IMG/VR virus record: IMGVR_UViG_3300027747_002198
Location: 1-64,000 of that record
From: a virus
Direction: 5' to 3' (one strand)
DNA length: 64,000 nucleotides
Both the position numbers and the translations under genes were made by a program. The notes beneath the pieces were generated by a model, which was given only the letters and a program-made list of their open reading frames with translations, was not told where the DNA came from and did not search any database. Below are positions 47,969 to 56,830 of this stretch, piece by piece (the first letter of the stretch is position 1; each line of letters begins with the position of its first letter).

Positions 47969-48409
47969 ATGGCAAGTACAATATCATTAGATGGATTATC
48001 TTCTCCTGATGGAGAAACCAGAGCATTAGCTCACTTAACAGTAGAATACAATGGTAACACATACCAATGGAAATTTTTTATTCCACCAGATTCAGGTGAT
48101 TTAGGAACATTTATAGAAAATAGTAAATCCACAATTGAATCTCAAATTGATGCCAAAGAATCTGCATGGGAAAATTTGAATCCAAAAACAAGAACAATTT
48201 CCGATCCACTAGGAGAAGATGTTGTGGTCGATATTCAAAAAGAAGAAATAGTTCGACCAGACATTCCAGACTATTACGCTTTGAGGAGAAATGCTTATCC
48301 ACCTCTAGCTGAACAGATTGGTGCTTTTTGGAAAGGACCACAGGATCCAGACTATATTGCAATGCAAGCAAAAGTTTTGGCGGTTAAATCGCAATATCCA
48401 AAATCTTAA
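47969..48409 (+). CDS. Hypothetical protein with a tail-fibre-assembly-chaperone-like C-terminus
   Basis: DYYALRRNAYPPLAEQ...VLAVKSQYPKS; SD AAGAGG. Confidence 0.55.
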   Translation: MASTISLDGLSSPDGETRALAHLTVEYNGNTYQWKFFIPPDSGDLGTFIENSKSTIESQIDAKESAWENLNPKTRTISDPLGEDVVVDIQKEEIVRPDIPDYYALRRNAYPPLAEQIGAFWKGPQDPDYIAMQAKVLAVKSQYPKS

Positions 48410-48425
48410 TTGATATCCACCATGG

Positions 48426-48433
48426 TATAAATA
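48426..48433 (+). promoter_or_regulatory. T4 consensus late promoter for the gp13 operon
   Basis: Perfect TATAAATA, followed by SD GGAGG and the ATG at 48455. Confidence 0.8.
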
Positions 48434-48454
48434 CCTCTATATTAGGAGGTTTTA

Positions 48455-49228
48455 ATGGCAACAATTACCAACCGACAAGATTTTATTACTTATTGCAAGC
48501 GCAGACTTGGGTTTCCTGTTATCGAAATCAACGTGGATGACGACCAGGTTAATGATCGCATTGATGACGCACTCCAATATTTTCAGGACTACCATTTTGA
48601 TGGACTTCAAAAGGTTTATTGGATCAAAGTTCTAGATAATAACGATATTGCAAATCGGTACTTGGATGCCAGCAAAGCAAAAGATTCTCAAGGAAACACA
48701 TTAGAAATTGCGGGCGTTTCTCGTATATTTCCCATTTCAGATTCTCAGGCAAACGTCAATATGTTTGACCTTAGATATCAACTCCGTTTAAATGAGTTAT
48801 ATGACTTTACCTCCGCATCGTACATCAATTATACCTTAACAAATCAACACTTACGTTCTCTAGAAATCATGTTTACTGGAGAAGTTCCTATTCGATTCCA
48901 ACGACACACACAAAGGTTGTATATTGATTGGAATTGGGGTAATTCAGAAGCACCTACTGGTACAGTTGTTATTGCCGAAGCATATGCTTTAATTAATCCG
49001 GATGTATATAATTTGGTATGGAATGACCGTTGGCTAAAAGAATATGCCACAGCACTTATCAAAAGAACTTGGGGCAATAATATGTCCAAATTTGACAATG
49101 TTCAATTACCGGGTGGAGTTACTTTGAATGGTGGAAGAATTTTTCAGGAAGCTACGACAGAAATCGAGCGGCTTGAAAGAGAGATGGAAAATAATTACGG
49201 AGCTCCGTTAGAATGGTTCATGAACTAA
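48455..49228 (+). CDS. gp13: Neck protein gp13
   Basis: YCKRRLGFPVIEINVDDDQ, YHFDG, WLKEYATALIKRTWG.N.SKF..VQLPGGVTLNG. Confidence 0.93.
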   Translation: MATITNRQDFITYCKRRLGFPVIEINVDDDQVNDRIDDALQYFQDYHFDGLQKVYWIKVLDNNDIANRYLDASKAKDSQGNTLEIAGVSRIFPISDSQANVNMFDLRYQLRLNELYDFTSASYINYTLTNQHLRSLEIMFTGEVPIRFQRHTQRLYIDWNWGNSEAPTGTVVIAEAYALINPDVYNLVWNDRWLKEYATALIKRTWGNNMSKFDNVQLPGGVTLNGGRIFQEATTEIERLEREMENNYGAPLEWFMN

Positions 49229-49229
49229 T

Positions 49230-50114
49230 ATGGCAACTAACCACTATTTTAATAATTACAACAGCAAATACTCAGAACAAAGATTAGTTGAGGATTTAAT
49301 TGTTGAGTCCATTAAAATTATGGGCTTCGATTCATATTACTTGCCCAACAATAATGATGCTGCTCGTGATTTATTATATGGTGAAGATCCGGTTAAAAAA
49401 TTCAAATCTGCTTTTACTGTTGAAATGTATATGTCCAGTATTATGGAATATTCGGGTGAAAGAGAATTGTTTTCTAAATTTGGTTTAGAAATTAAAAACA
49501 ATATGGAAGTGATAGTATCAAAAAGGTCATTTTCAGAAAGAGTTCCACAAAATACTTTTACACGACCAAGAGAAGGGGATTTAATTTACATACCTTTTGG
49601 AAATGGTACTGGCGAATTGTTTGAAATTACTTTTGTTGAACAAAATAAAGATATGATGATGTTAGGTCGAAAATATCCTTTCTTTTATGAGATGCGTTTA
49701 GAGAAATTTAAGTATGCACAGGAATTCATTAATACTGGTATAGCTGATATTGATATGGTTATGGATAATTCGGCGTATTCTATTAACTTACAATTGAGTT
49801 CTGGTACAGGTAATTACGCAGCAAAAGAAATTGTATATCAATCACATGACGGCACTTTAGCTAATGCCGTCACTTCTGCTGTTGTACAGAGTTGGAATGA
49901 TCCTACAAATATGTTGGTGGTTACCAATATTGCCGGAGAATTTATAGACGGACTTACAATTATTGGTTCATCAACCGGTGCTGCTTATACTTTATCCACT
50001 TATGATGCGATGGCGCCAAGTATACATAACGAAATTTACGATAACAAGCTTATAGAAAATAATGCAAATTCAGTTATTGATTTTTCAGAATCTAATCCGT
50101 TTGGAAGCATATAA
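49230..50114 (+). CDS. gp14: Neck protein gp14
   Basis: EQRLVEDLIVESIKIMG, LYGED, FSKFGLE, RPREGDLIY, C-terminal DFSESNPFG. Confidence 0.92.
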   Translation: MATNHYFNNYNSKYSEQRLVEDLIVESIKIMGFDSYYLPNNNDAARDLLYGEDPVKKFKSAFTVEMYMSSIMEYSGERELFSKFGLEIKNNMEVIVSKRSFSERVPQNTFTRPREGDLIYIPFGNGTGELFEITFVEQNKDMMMLGRKYPFFYEMRLEKFKYAQEFINTGIADIDMVMDNSAYSINLQLSSGTGNYAAKEIVYQSHDGTLANAVTSAVVQSWNDPTNMLVVTNIAGEFIDGLTIIGSSTGAAYTLSTYDAMAPSIHNEIYDNKLIENNANSVIDFSESNPFGSI

Positions 50115-51205
50115 TGGCAGATACGTCATATAACCGAATTATTCGTAAACTGGTTGTTGGATTTGGCAACTTGTTTAATAATATTACTTTAGTTCGGTAT
50201 AATCCAGATAACACAGAGCAAGAACGTATGCTTGTTCCAATTATCTATGCGGCCAAAGAGTTATATGTAAAACGGTTAGAAGAAGATTATAATTTAGACA
50301 AAAAAGTTCAAATCACTTTACCAAGATTATCATTTGAAATGACTGGTTTATCTTATGATTCTTCTAGAAAACAAAATACAAATTGGAAATCTTTTGCAAA
50401 AACTACTAATGGAGTAGTATCACAATATAATCCAGTACCTTATGATTTTGATTTTTCGTTGTATCTTTACGTTAGAAATATTGAAGATGGTACTCAAATT
50501 ATAGAGCATATTCTTCCTTATTTTACTCCTGATTATACTATTAAATTAAATTTAATTCCTGAATTTGGTGTTGTCAAAGAAATTCCTGTTGTGTTGAAAG
50601 ATACCAACCAAGAAATTATCTATGAGGGTGATCGTAATAGTGGTACTAGAACAGTTATTTGGACTTTAAATTTTACAGTTAAAGGTTTTATATTTGGTAA
50701 AACTTCTGCAGCAGCATTAATTACAACATCAATTACAAATATTTTAGATAATATTAAATCTTCAGACGTAGTTCAGTTTAATATGACTACACCAGGAACA
50801 GGAACTTATCAAACAGGCGAAGGTGTTTATCAAGGTTTTTCTGCTGTTAATTCAACGGCTACAGCTAAAGTGGTTTCATTTAATAATAATGCATTACAAC
50901 TTACAAATATTAATGGCAATTTTGTATCTTCACAACCCATTTATGGCATAAAAACTAACGCCAGTTACACATTTGGATCATATCAAATTTTACCAGCTCA
51001 ATATGCACAAATTGTTACCGTTTCTAACCCAACTGATGCTAATGCTAACGTAATGTATACATACTCTACCACAGTACAAGAAGGTATTAATATTGTTAAA
51101 CCTGTACTTTCATCTAATGGATTTAATACTGATTTGAATACCAATGTATTTGGTATAGATGATTTGTTATCAGAACAAGAAAACTCAATCGATTTAGGAT
51201 CATAA
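50114..51205 (+). CDS. gp15: Tail sheath stabiliser/terminator gp15
   Basis: IRKLVVGFGNLFNNI, LPRLSFEM, YNPVPYDF, QIIEHILPYFTP, WTLNFTVKG. Confidence 0.92.
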   Translation: MADTSYNRIIRKLVVGFGNLFNNITLVRYNPDNTEQERMLVPIIYAAKELYVKRLEEDYNLDKKVQITLPRLSFEMTGLSYDSSRKQNTNWKSFAKTTNGVVSQYNPVPYDFDFSLYLYVRNIEDGTQIIEHILPYFTPDYTIKLNLIPEFGVVKEIPVVLKDTNQEIIYEGDRNSGTRTVIWTLNFTVKGFIFGKTSAAALITTSITNILDNIKSSDVVQFNMTTPGTGTYQTGEGVYQGFSAVNSTATAKVVSFNNNALQLTNINGNFVSSQPIYGIKTNASYTFGSYQILPAQYAQIVTVSNPTDANANVMYTYSTTVQEGINIVKPVLSSNGFNTDLNTNVFGIDDLLSEQENSIDLGS

Positions 51206-51206
51206 A

Positions 51207-51962
51207 ATGTCAAGAACATTACAATTTAAACGATACGCCAATACAGTCCTTACAAATATAATAGGTGCGGATGGCGAATTAATTATTGACGAAACAAACC
51301 ATTATTTAACTATTCATGACGGAGTAACTCCGGGTGGAGTTACATCACTTGGAGCTCCAGCATCTGTTATTAGTAGTTTAAAAGCCGGAAGCAACACGGT
51401 TACGCTTAGTAATAATGGAAATTTAAATTTATCGAATGGATCGCTTGTTTTTATAGACCAAAGTTTACAAAATACGGCATTTAGTTCTTTTTATATTAAT
51501 GAACTTAATGAATCTGTTGCAAATATTGCAAATTTGCAATATGCTTTTATTGGATCCAATACTAACGTAACACGAGTTGCTAATACTTTAGCAATATCAA
51601 TACAATTAGCTTACAATCAAGCCAATTCGGCCGCCCAGACTATTCCACAAAATCCGCAAACATCAAATTATGTGTTACAAAATTCTGATGCCGGTAAATT
51701 TATTTACTATACCCAATCTGCAAATGCAACATTGTACATACCTTGGACATCAAATACAAATTGGGTAAATGGCACAAGTATTATGATTGTATCTCAAACT
51801 CCGGCAGGAGCTAATGTAAAAATATCTCCAAATAACGGAGTATCATTGTACCTTGCTGGTAATTCTGTAAGTTCTTCACGAAATGTGTCAACTTATGGCA
51901 CCGCTACATTATTAATGGTTAAAGCAAATACATGGTATATTAATGGTACTGGAGTAATATAA
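51207..51962 (+). CDS. Fibre-like protein with an Mtd-N-like N-terminal attachment domain
   Basis: LQFKR...GADGELIID...IHDGVTPGG; C-terminal YVLQ.SDAGK...ATLLMVKANTWYING. Confidence 0.65.
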   Translation: MSRTLQFKRYANTVLTNIIGADGELIIDETNHYLTIHDGVTPGGVTSLGAPASVISSLKAGSNTVTLSNNGNLNLSNGSLVFIDQSLQNTAFSSFYINELNESVANIANLQYAFIGSNTNVTRVANTLAISIQLAYNQANSAAQTIPQNPQTSNYVLQNSDAGKFIYYTQSANATLYIPWTSNTNWVNGTSIMIVSQTPAGANVKISPNNGVSLYLAGNSVSSSRNVSTYGTATLLMVKANTWYINGTGVI

Positions 51963-52099
51963 TGTTAATGATGATGCATCATATGAATAGTGTGCAACAA
52001 TTGCCCATTATTACACTATTGGCTTTTGATATATCAATTAAAACTTCATATCCTTTTAGAGCAATTGATATTATGATGGACACAGCACCTACATATTAA
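51962..52099 (+). CDS. Small hypothetical protein (45 aa)
   Basis: Absent from the ORF track; TAATG overlap with the upstream stop; MLMMMHHMNSVQQLPIITLLAFDISIKTSYPFRAIDIMMDTAPTY fills the gap. Confidence 0.45.
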   Translation: MLMMMHHMNSVQQLPIITLLAFDISIKTSYPFRAIDIMMDTAPTY

Positions 52100-52101
52100 A
52101 T

Positions 52102-52109
52102 AATAAATA
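52102..52109 (+). promoter_or_regulatory. Late promoter
   Basis: Intergenic AATAAATA upstream of SD GGAG and the ATG at 52138. Confidence 0.55.
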
Positions 52110-52137
52110 AACACAAAGAAGAAACCGGAGAAACAAA

Positions 52138-55100
52138 ATGGCACGCAAAGCTATACTTGACACATACTATACATTCACACCTTCGACAAGAACTATTGTC
52201 ATTCCTAGGGCTATTCCTAAAGAACGTTTGGTATTAATTACTGATGTTACCACAAATCAGGTACTTTTTAATTTCTCTGATCCAAACCTAACAACAACAT
52301 CTTATACAATTGCCACGAGTGCCGATGGTTCTCAAACAACTACAACAATTGTATTAAACTATAATACCACTAGTTTATCATCAACTGATAAATTATCGAT
52401 TGTTGTTGACGAATATGATGAAAAATTTACTCCTTCTGAAACTTATTTGGATCCAATTAATAAGTTGCGGGTTTCTACACCACAATCATTAATTGATACC
52501 GACTACGAGTATTCAATTCAAACAACCAAATGGGAACAATTGGCTACAATTAACAATCGTCCATTTGGATATTACGTTACTGCTACTGGTGTTACTCCTT
52601 TAATTGACCTTCAAGCAGTTAATAATTCTAGAGTGTATACCGGTAATACAACAGGTACCGTATCTCCAGCAATTGGTACTCCTGTTACTATCTTGGATTC
52701 CACTTATAGTGGTGCTGATGGATTGTATATTGTTGATGCAAATAATAATCCAACATTGACCAACACAACTAATGCTGCAAATACATTCACTTACACAGGT
52801 AAATATTTTTATACCGGCACAACAGGATCAATTTACAATAACGGTGTAACGATTGCATATACCGGTCAAATTTTCAGTAATGCTTCAATTTCTATGGCTT
52901 CGGCTACTGTTGCTTCTGGCAATTTGGTTTCTGTTACAACTTCTGTGCCACATGGTTTAGCACTTGGTAATGAAATTGCTATGACTGGCGCTTCTGCTGC
53001 AAACGGATCATTTGCAGTTACAACCATTGTTAATCCTTATGTTTTTCAATATTCCACAACTGGTGCTTATTACACGCCTCCTGTTGGTGCGTTAACTCTC
53101 ACAAATGCAAATTTATATGTTCGACCACAAGGTTTAGCATTACATCGTCCATTTGACGGAGGTGTTCGTTTTTCAACAAACGCTTCATCACACAATCAAC
53201 AATATATTCGCCAAACAAGACGTTATTTCCGTTACCAATCTGGTAAAGGTATTCAAATGTCTACTGGCACAACTTTGAAACCACAGTTTAATTTAGATGG
53301 TGTTACATCTTCGGGAACACTCTGTACAGTAACAACCAAAGACCCACACAATATTACTTCTGCGATGACAATTACCGTTTCTGGTGCTAATGAAACTGCT
53401 TACAACGGAACATTTAGTGTAAACACAGTATTAAATCCTTATTCATTTACATACATTGCAAGTTCAATACCTTCTCAAACAGTAGCATCAGGTCCAGTTA
53501 ATTGCTCTGGTAATAGTTGGTATGGCGGTTATAACCGGGTTGGAATTTTTGATTCTCAAAACGGCATGTTTTGGGAATTTGACGGAACAATATTAAGTGC
53601 TGTAAAACGTAATTCAACATATCAAATTTATGGACAGGTTCAAGTTGCTGCTGGTTCTGCAACTGTTACTGCCATGCCACAATTTCCAACATATTTTAAT
53701 AAACAATTAGCCGTTGGTGATTTTATTGTTATTAAAGGCATGTCATACCGTGTTGCAGATATCTTGTCAGATAGTAAATTAACAATTCAACCTCCATATC
53801 GTGGCATGAATAATTTACAAAATGCTGTTGTTAGTAAAACAATTGATGTTCGTATACCACAATCTGCATTTAATATTGACCGTTTAGATGGAACAGGTCC
53901 TTCTGGTTATACAATTGATTTAACCAAAAACCAAATGTTCTACATTGATTATTCTTGGTATGGTGCTGGTTTTATTCGTTGGGGTGTTCGTGCTACTGAC
54001 GGTAACATTGTTTATTGTCATAAAGTTATTAATAATAACGTAAACTATTTGGCTTACATGCGTTCAGGTAATTTACCTGGTCGTTACGAAACAAATACAT
54101 TTAGCAAAACTACTTTCTTAACTGGTGGCGCAAGTGGTGTTGGTACAAACTTAAACGCATCCGATACATCACTTAACGCCGCTAGCACATCAGGATTCCC
54201 AACAACAGGAACAATTTGGATTAGAACTGCAAATAATGGCGGTTTAGGTTATGCTAACTCCGAATTTATAAACTACACAGGTATTTCGGGTAATACATTT
54301 ACCGGTTTAACCCGTGGCCAAGCAGGTTTAACTACAACCGGCAATACTGTTTTTGGTAATTCTTATATTAGTGTTTTATCAACATCAGGTGTTCAGATTG
54401 GCCAACAAGTTATTGGTGTTAATATACCTCCATCTTCTTTTGTGCAAAATATTGCAAACAGTACATCTGTTTTATTAAACTATGCGGCAACAGGTTCTAA
54501 TGTAGGATCTACTATAGTATTTGCCCCTATGTCAAATGTTGCTCAAACGTTTATTTCTTCAACAACTGCTCAAACTGCTATTGAGTTACATTCTCCAATA
54601 TTCAGTCCTGAAATTAATCATTGGGGAACTTCTGCAATTATGGATGGCGGATTTACGGCAGATAAATCATTTATTTTTACAAAAGGACAAACAACTTCCG
54701 TTAACGTAGCTCAAGGCGCCACACAAGCACTCATGAGTTTCCGTATTGCTCCAACAGCATCTAATGGTATTGGTAATTCAATGCTTGGTATGCGTGAAAT
54801 TGTTAACCGTATGCAACATTTACCATTTGAAACTGATATTTACTCAAATGGTTCTTTCTTGATTACTGTTTACTTAAATGCAACAACAAATAATTCAACA
54901 GAAATTTGGAATAGTGTTGGTGGTTCAAGTTTATCACAATATATTTTCCATAATCAAGGAACTACTGTTCAAAATAATACGGGTGAACCAGTATTTGGAT
55001 TCTATTTGAATGTACAACAAGGTATTTACCAAACAACACAACAAGATTTGACACAGTTGCTTGCTATTGGTTCTAGTATTCTTGGTGGTGGCGCTACAAA

Positions 55101-55218
55101 TGCAACTAGAGCAATTTATCCAGATGGTCCTGACGTATTGACGTTTGTTGCTCAAAATATTGATACTACATCTCGATCAATTCAAGCACGTTATTCTTGG
55201 AACGAAGCTCAGGCTTAA
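52138..55218 (+). CDS. Large virion structural protein of aquatic T4-like phages
   Basis: YYTFTPS, KLRVSTPQSLIDTDYEY, HRPFDGGV, RQTRRYFRYQSGKG, IDYSWYGAG, AYMRSGNLP, HWGTS.IMDG, W.EAQA. Confidence 0.7.
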   Translation: MARKAILDTYYTFTPSTRTIVIPRAIPKERLVLITDVTTNQVLFNFSDPNLTTTSYTIATSADGSQTTTTIVLNYNTTSLSSTDKLSIVVDEYDEKFTPSETYLDPINKLRVSTPQSLIDTDYEYSIQTTKWEQLATINNRPFGYYVTATGVTPLIDLQAVNNSRVYTGNTTGTVSPAIGTPVTILDSTYSGADGLYIVDANNNPTLTNTTNAANTFTYTGKYFYTGTTGSIYNNGVTIAYTGQIFSNASISMASATVASGNLVSVTTSVPHGLALGNEIAMTGASAANGSFAVTTIVNPYVFQYSTTGAYYTPPVGALTLTNANLYVRPQGLALHRPFDGGVRFSTNASSHNQQYIRQTRRYFRYQSGKGIQMSTGTTLKPQFNLDGVTSSGTLCTVTTKDPHNITSAMTITVSGANETAYNGTFSVNTVLNPYSFTYIASSIPSQTVASGPVNCSGNSWYGGYNRVGIFDSQNGMFWEFDGTILSAVKRNSTYQIYGQVQVAAGSATVTAMPQFPTYFNKQLAVGDFIVIKGMSYRVADILSDSKLTIQPPYRGMNNLQNAVVSKTIDVRIPQSAFNIDRLDGTGPSGYTIDLTKNQMFYIDYSWYGAGFIRWGVRATDGNIVYCHKVINNNVNYLAYMRSGNLPGRYETNTFSKTTFLTGGASGVGTNLNASDTSLNAASTSGFPTTGTIWIRTANNGGLGYANSEFINYTGISGNTFTGLTRGQAGLTTTGNTVFGNSYISVLSTSGVQIGQQVIGVNIPPSSFVQNIANSTSVLLNYAATGSNVGSTIVFAPMSNVAQTFISSTTAQTAIELHSPIFSPEINHWGTSAIMDGGFTADKSFIFTKGQTTSVNVAQGATQALMSFRIAPTASNGIGNSMLGMREIVNRMQHLPFETDIYSNGSFLITVYLNATTNNSTEIWNSVGGSSLSQYIFHNQGTTVQNNTGEPVFGFYLNVQQGIYQTTQQDLTQLLAIGSSILGGGATNATRAIYPDGPDVLTFVAQNIDTTSRSIQARYSWNEAQA

Positions 55219-55233
55219 TTAATATATTATACT

Positions 55234-55647
55234 ATGAACAATTTTGATAAAAATATGGAACAAATATTTGATGTTGTTCCATCAAAAAAAGAGGAGTTGC
55301 CAGAAGTTAAAAAGGCAACTCCTCTTTATAATTCCCCAAATATTGAAGAAGATTTAGGTGATGCTTACCAACAATCTAGAGAAAATCTTCAAGGTATTAT
55401 TGACCAAGGCAAAGAAGCCATGGAAGAAATACTCAACATAGCCAAAGCAGGACAACACCCAAGAGCATTTGAAGTTTACGGAACGTTACTTAAAAATATG
55501 GTTGACGCCAATAAAGAGCTTCTAAATATTCAAAAGCAAATGCGTGAGATGGACAAAAAGAAAGAAGTAACCAATACAAATATTGATAAAGCCATTTTTG
55601 TTGGTTCTACCGCTGAGTTGAATAAGTTATTAAAAGGAAAAGAATGA
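55234..55647 (+). CDS. gp16: Terminase small subunit gp16
   Basis: YQQSRENL, HPRAFEV, ANKELL, AIFVGSTAEL. Confidence 0.9.
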   Translation: MNNFDKNMEQIFDVVPSKKEELPEVKKATPLYNSPNIEEDLGDAYQQSRENLQGIIDQGKEAMEEILNIAKAGQHPRAFEVYGTLLKNMVDANKELLNIQKQMREMDKKKEVTNTNIDKAIFVGSTAELNKLLKGKE

Positions 55648-56375
55648 AGCTTTGGGTGAATGTGTGTTTTCATTATGTGCCAGAAAGATTACCAAAATTC
55701 TATAATCTCATAGAAAACATCAATAAATTTAAAACAAAAGGCACCAAATTAATCATCAATTGTAATACTAATTTTGATGACAACTTACCAATTAAAGTAT
55801 CGGTTCTTGATGACCCATTTCATTTGACATGGGAACACAAAAAAGATATGCAAGCTTTTTTAGAATCTGATTATACACACTTTGTTTATCTTGAAGGTAA
55901 TTTAAGCTTTACTCAAAAGAATTTAAACTATTGGTGTAAGTATAGAGAACTTTTTAAACGGAATAATCTTAATTTTATACCGGCAATTCATCGAGTTGAA
56001 ATTGGTAAAGACGGCAAAAGTTATTCTTTAGATTCTACTCGTCACGTTAATAAAAAACTATCAATAGAAATTCAAGGCCAAAAGTTTATTTCTTTACCTG
56101 AACCTTATCAAGGTATGTTTATTATGGACCGTGAAATGGTACAAGAACACATCAATTCAGATTATTTTAATCTAGGTCAAAAAGGTTGGTTTGGAATTCG
56201 TGAATCTGCCAATTTAGGTAATATGTTTATAAATGTTCCACCAGGATATCCACACCGAGCATTAGTACCTTTAGATAATTTTGATGAATGTTGTGCTGTA
56301 CATAATGGTACTGACTACCATAATGATCCTAATTCTCCTCATGCCAAAATACCTGTTACAGAGTTATTTGTATGA
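55644..56375 (+). CDS. Hypothetical protein, possibly GT-A glycosyltransferase fold
   Basis: PFHLTWEHK...YTHFVYLEGN resembles GT-A nucleotide-binding strands; ATGA overlaps on both sides. Confidence 0.45.
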   Translation: MKLWVNVCFHYVPERLPKFYNLIENINKFKTKGTKLIINCNTNFDDNLPIKVSVLDDPFHLTWEHKKDMQAFLESDYTHFVYLEGNLSFTQKNLNYWCKYRELFKRNNLNFIPAIHRVEIGKDGKSYSLDSTRHVNKKLSIEIQGQKFISLPEPYQGMFIMDREMVQEHINSDYFNLGQKGWFGIRESANLGNMFINVPPGYPHRALVPLDNFDECCAVHNGTDYHNDPNSPHAKIPVTELFV

Positions 56376-56830
56376 TATATCATAAACACCATATTATACC
56401 CAAACATGCCGGAGGTACCGATGATCCCTCAAATTTGGTTAAACTTACGGTTGAAGAACATGCAGAAGCTCATAAATTATTATTTGAACAACATGGACGT
56501 TGGCAAGATAAAGTTGCTTGGTTAACATTGTCTGGTCAGATGACTTGTGCGGAAGCTATAAAAATAACACAATCATTATCCAATAAAGGTGAGAAAAATC
56601 CTATGTATGGTAAAACGGGAAGTTTAAATTCAAATTATAAAAATAGAGGTAAAAATAGTCCTTTATATGGTAAAAAACAACCTATAGAATGGAATATAAA
56701 AAAAGCAAAAACTCTATCTGAAAATATGAAAGGTAAATGGGTTCCACCTAAAAAAGTTTGTAGGTTGTTTGATAAAAAAGAAATGGCAATGCAACAATAT
56801 ATGTGTTGGTTAAACTGGCAAAACAAATGA
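56372..56830 (+). mobile_element. Free-standing HNH homing endonuclease with NUMOD3-like DNA-binding motifs
   Basis: HKHHIIPKHAGGTDDPSNLVKLTVEEHAEAH; KGEKNPMYGK and GKNSPLYGK repeats. Confidence 0.85.

Noticed and set aside
56803-56826. Longer gp17 start given by the ORF track
   Set aside because: The ATG at 56827 overlaps the HNH stop (ATGA) and directly precedes the conserved Y..NP.LK motif
56372-56830. Group I intron or intein associated with terminase
   Set aside because: gp16 and gp17 are intact and continuous; the HNH is free-standing with no flanking non-coding core
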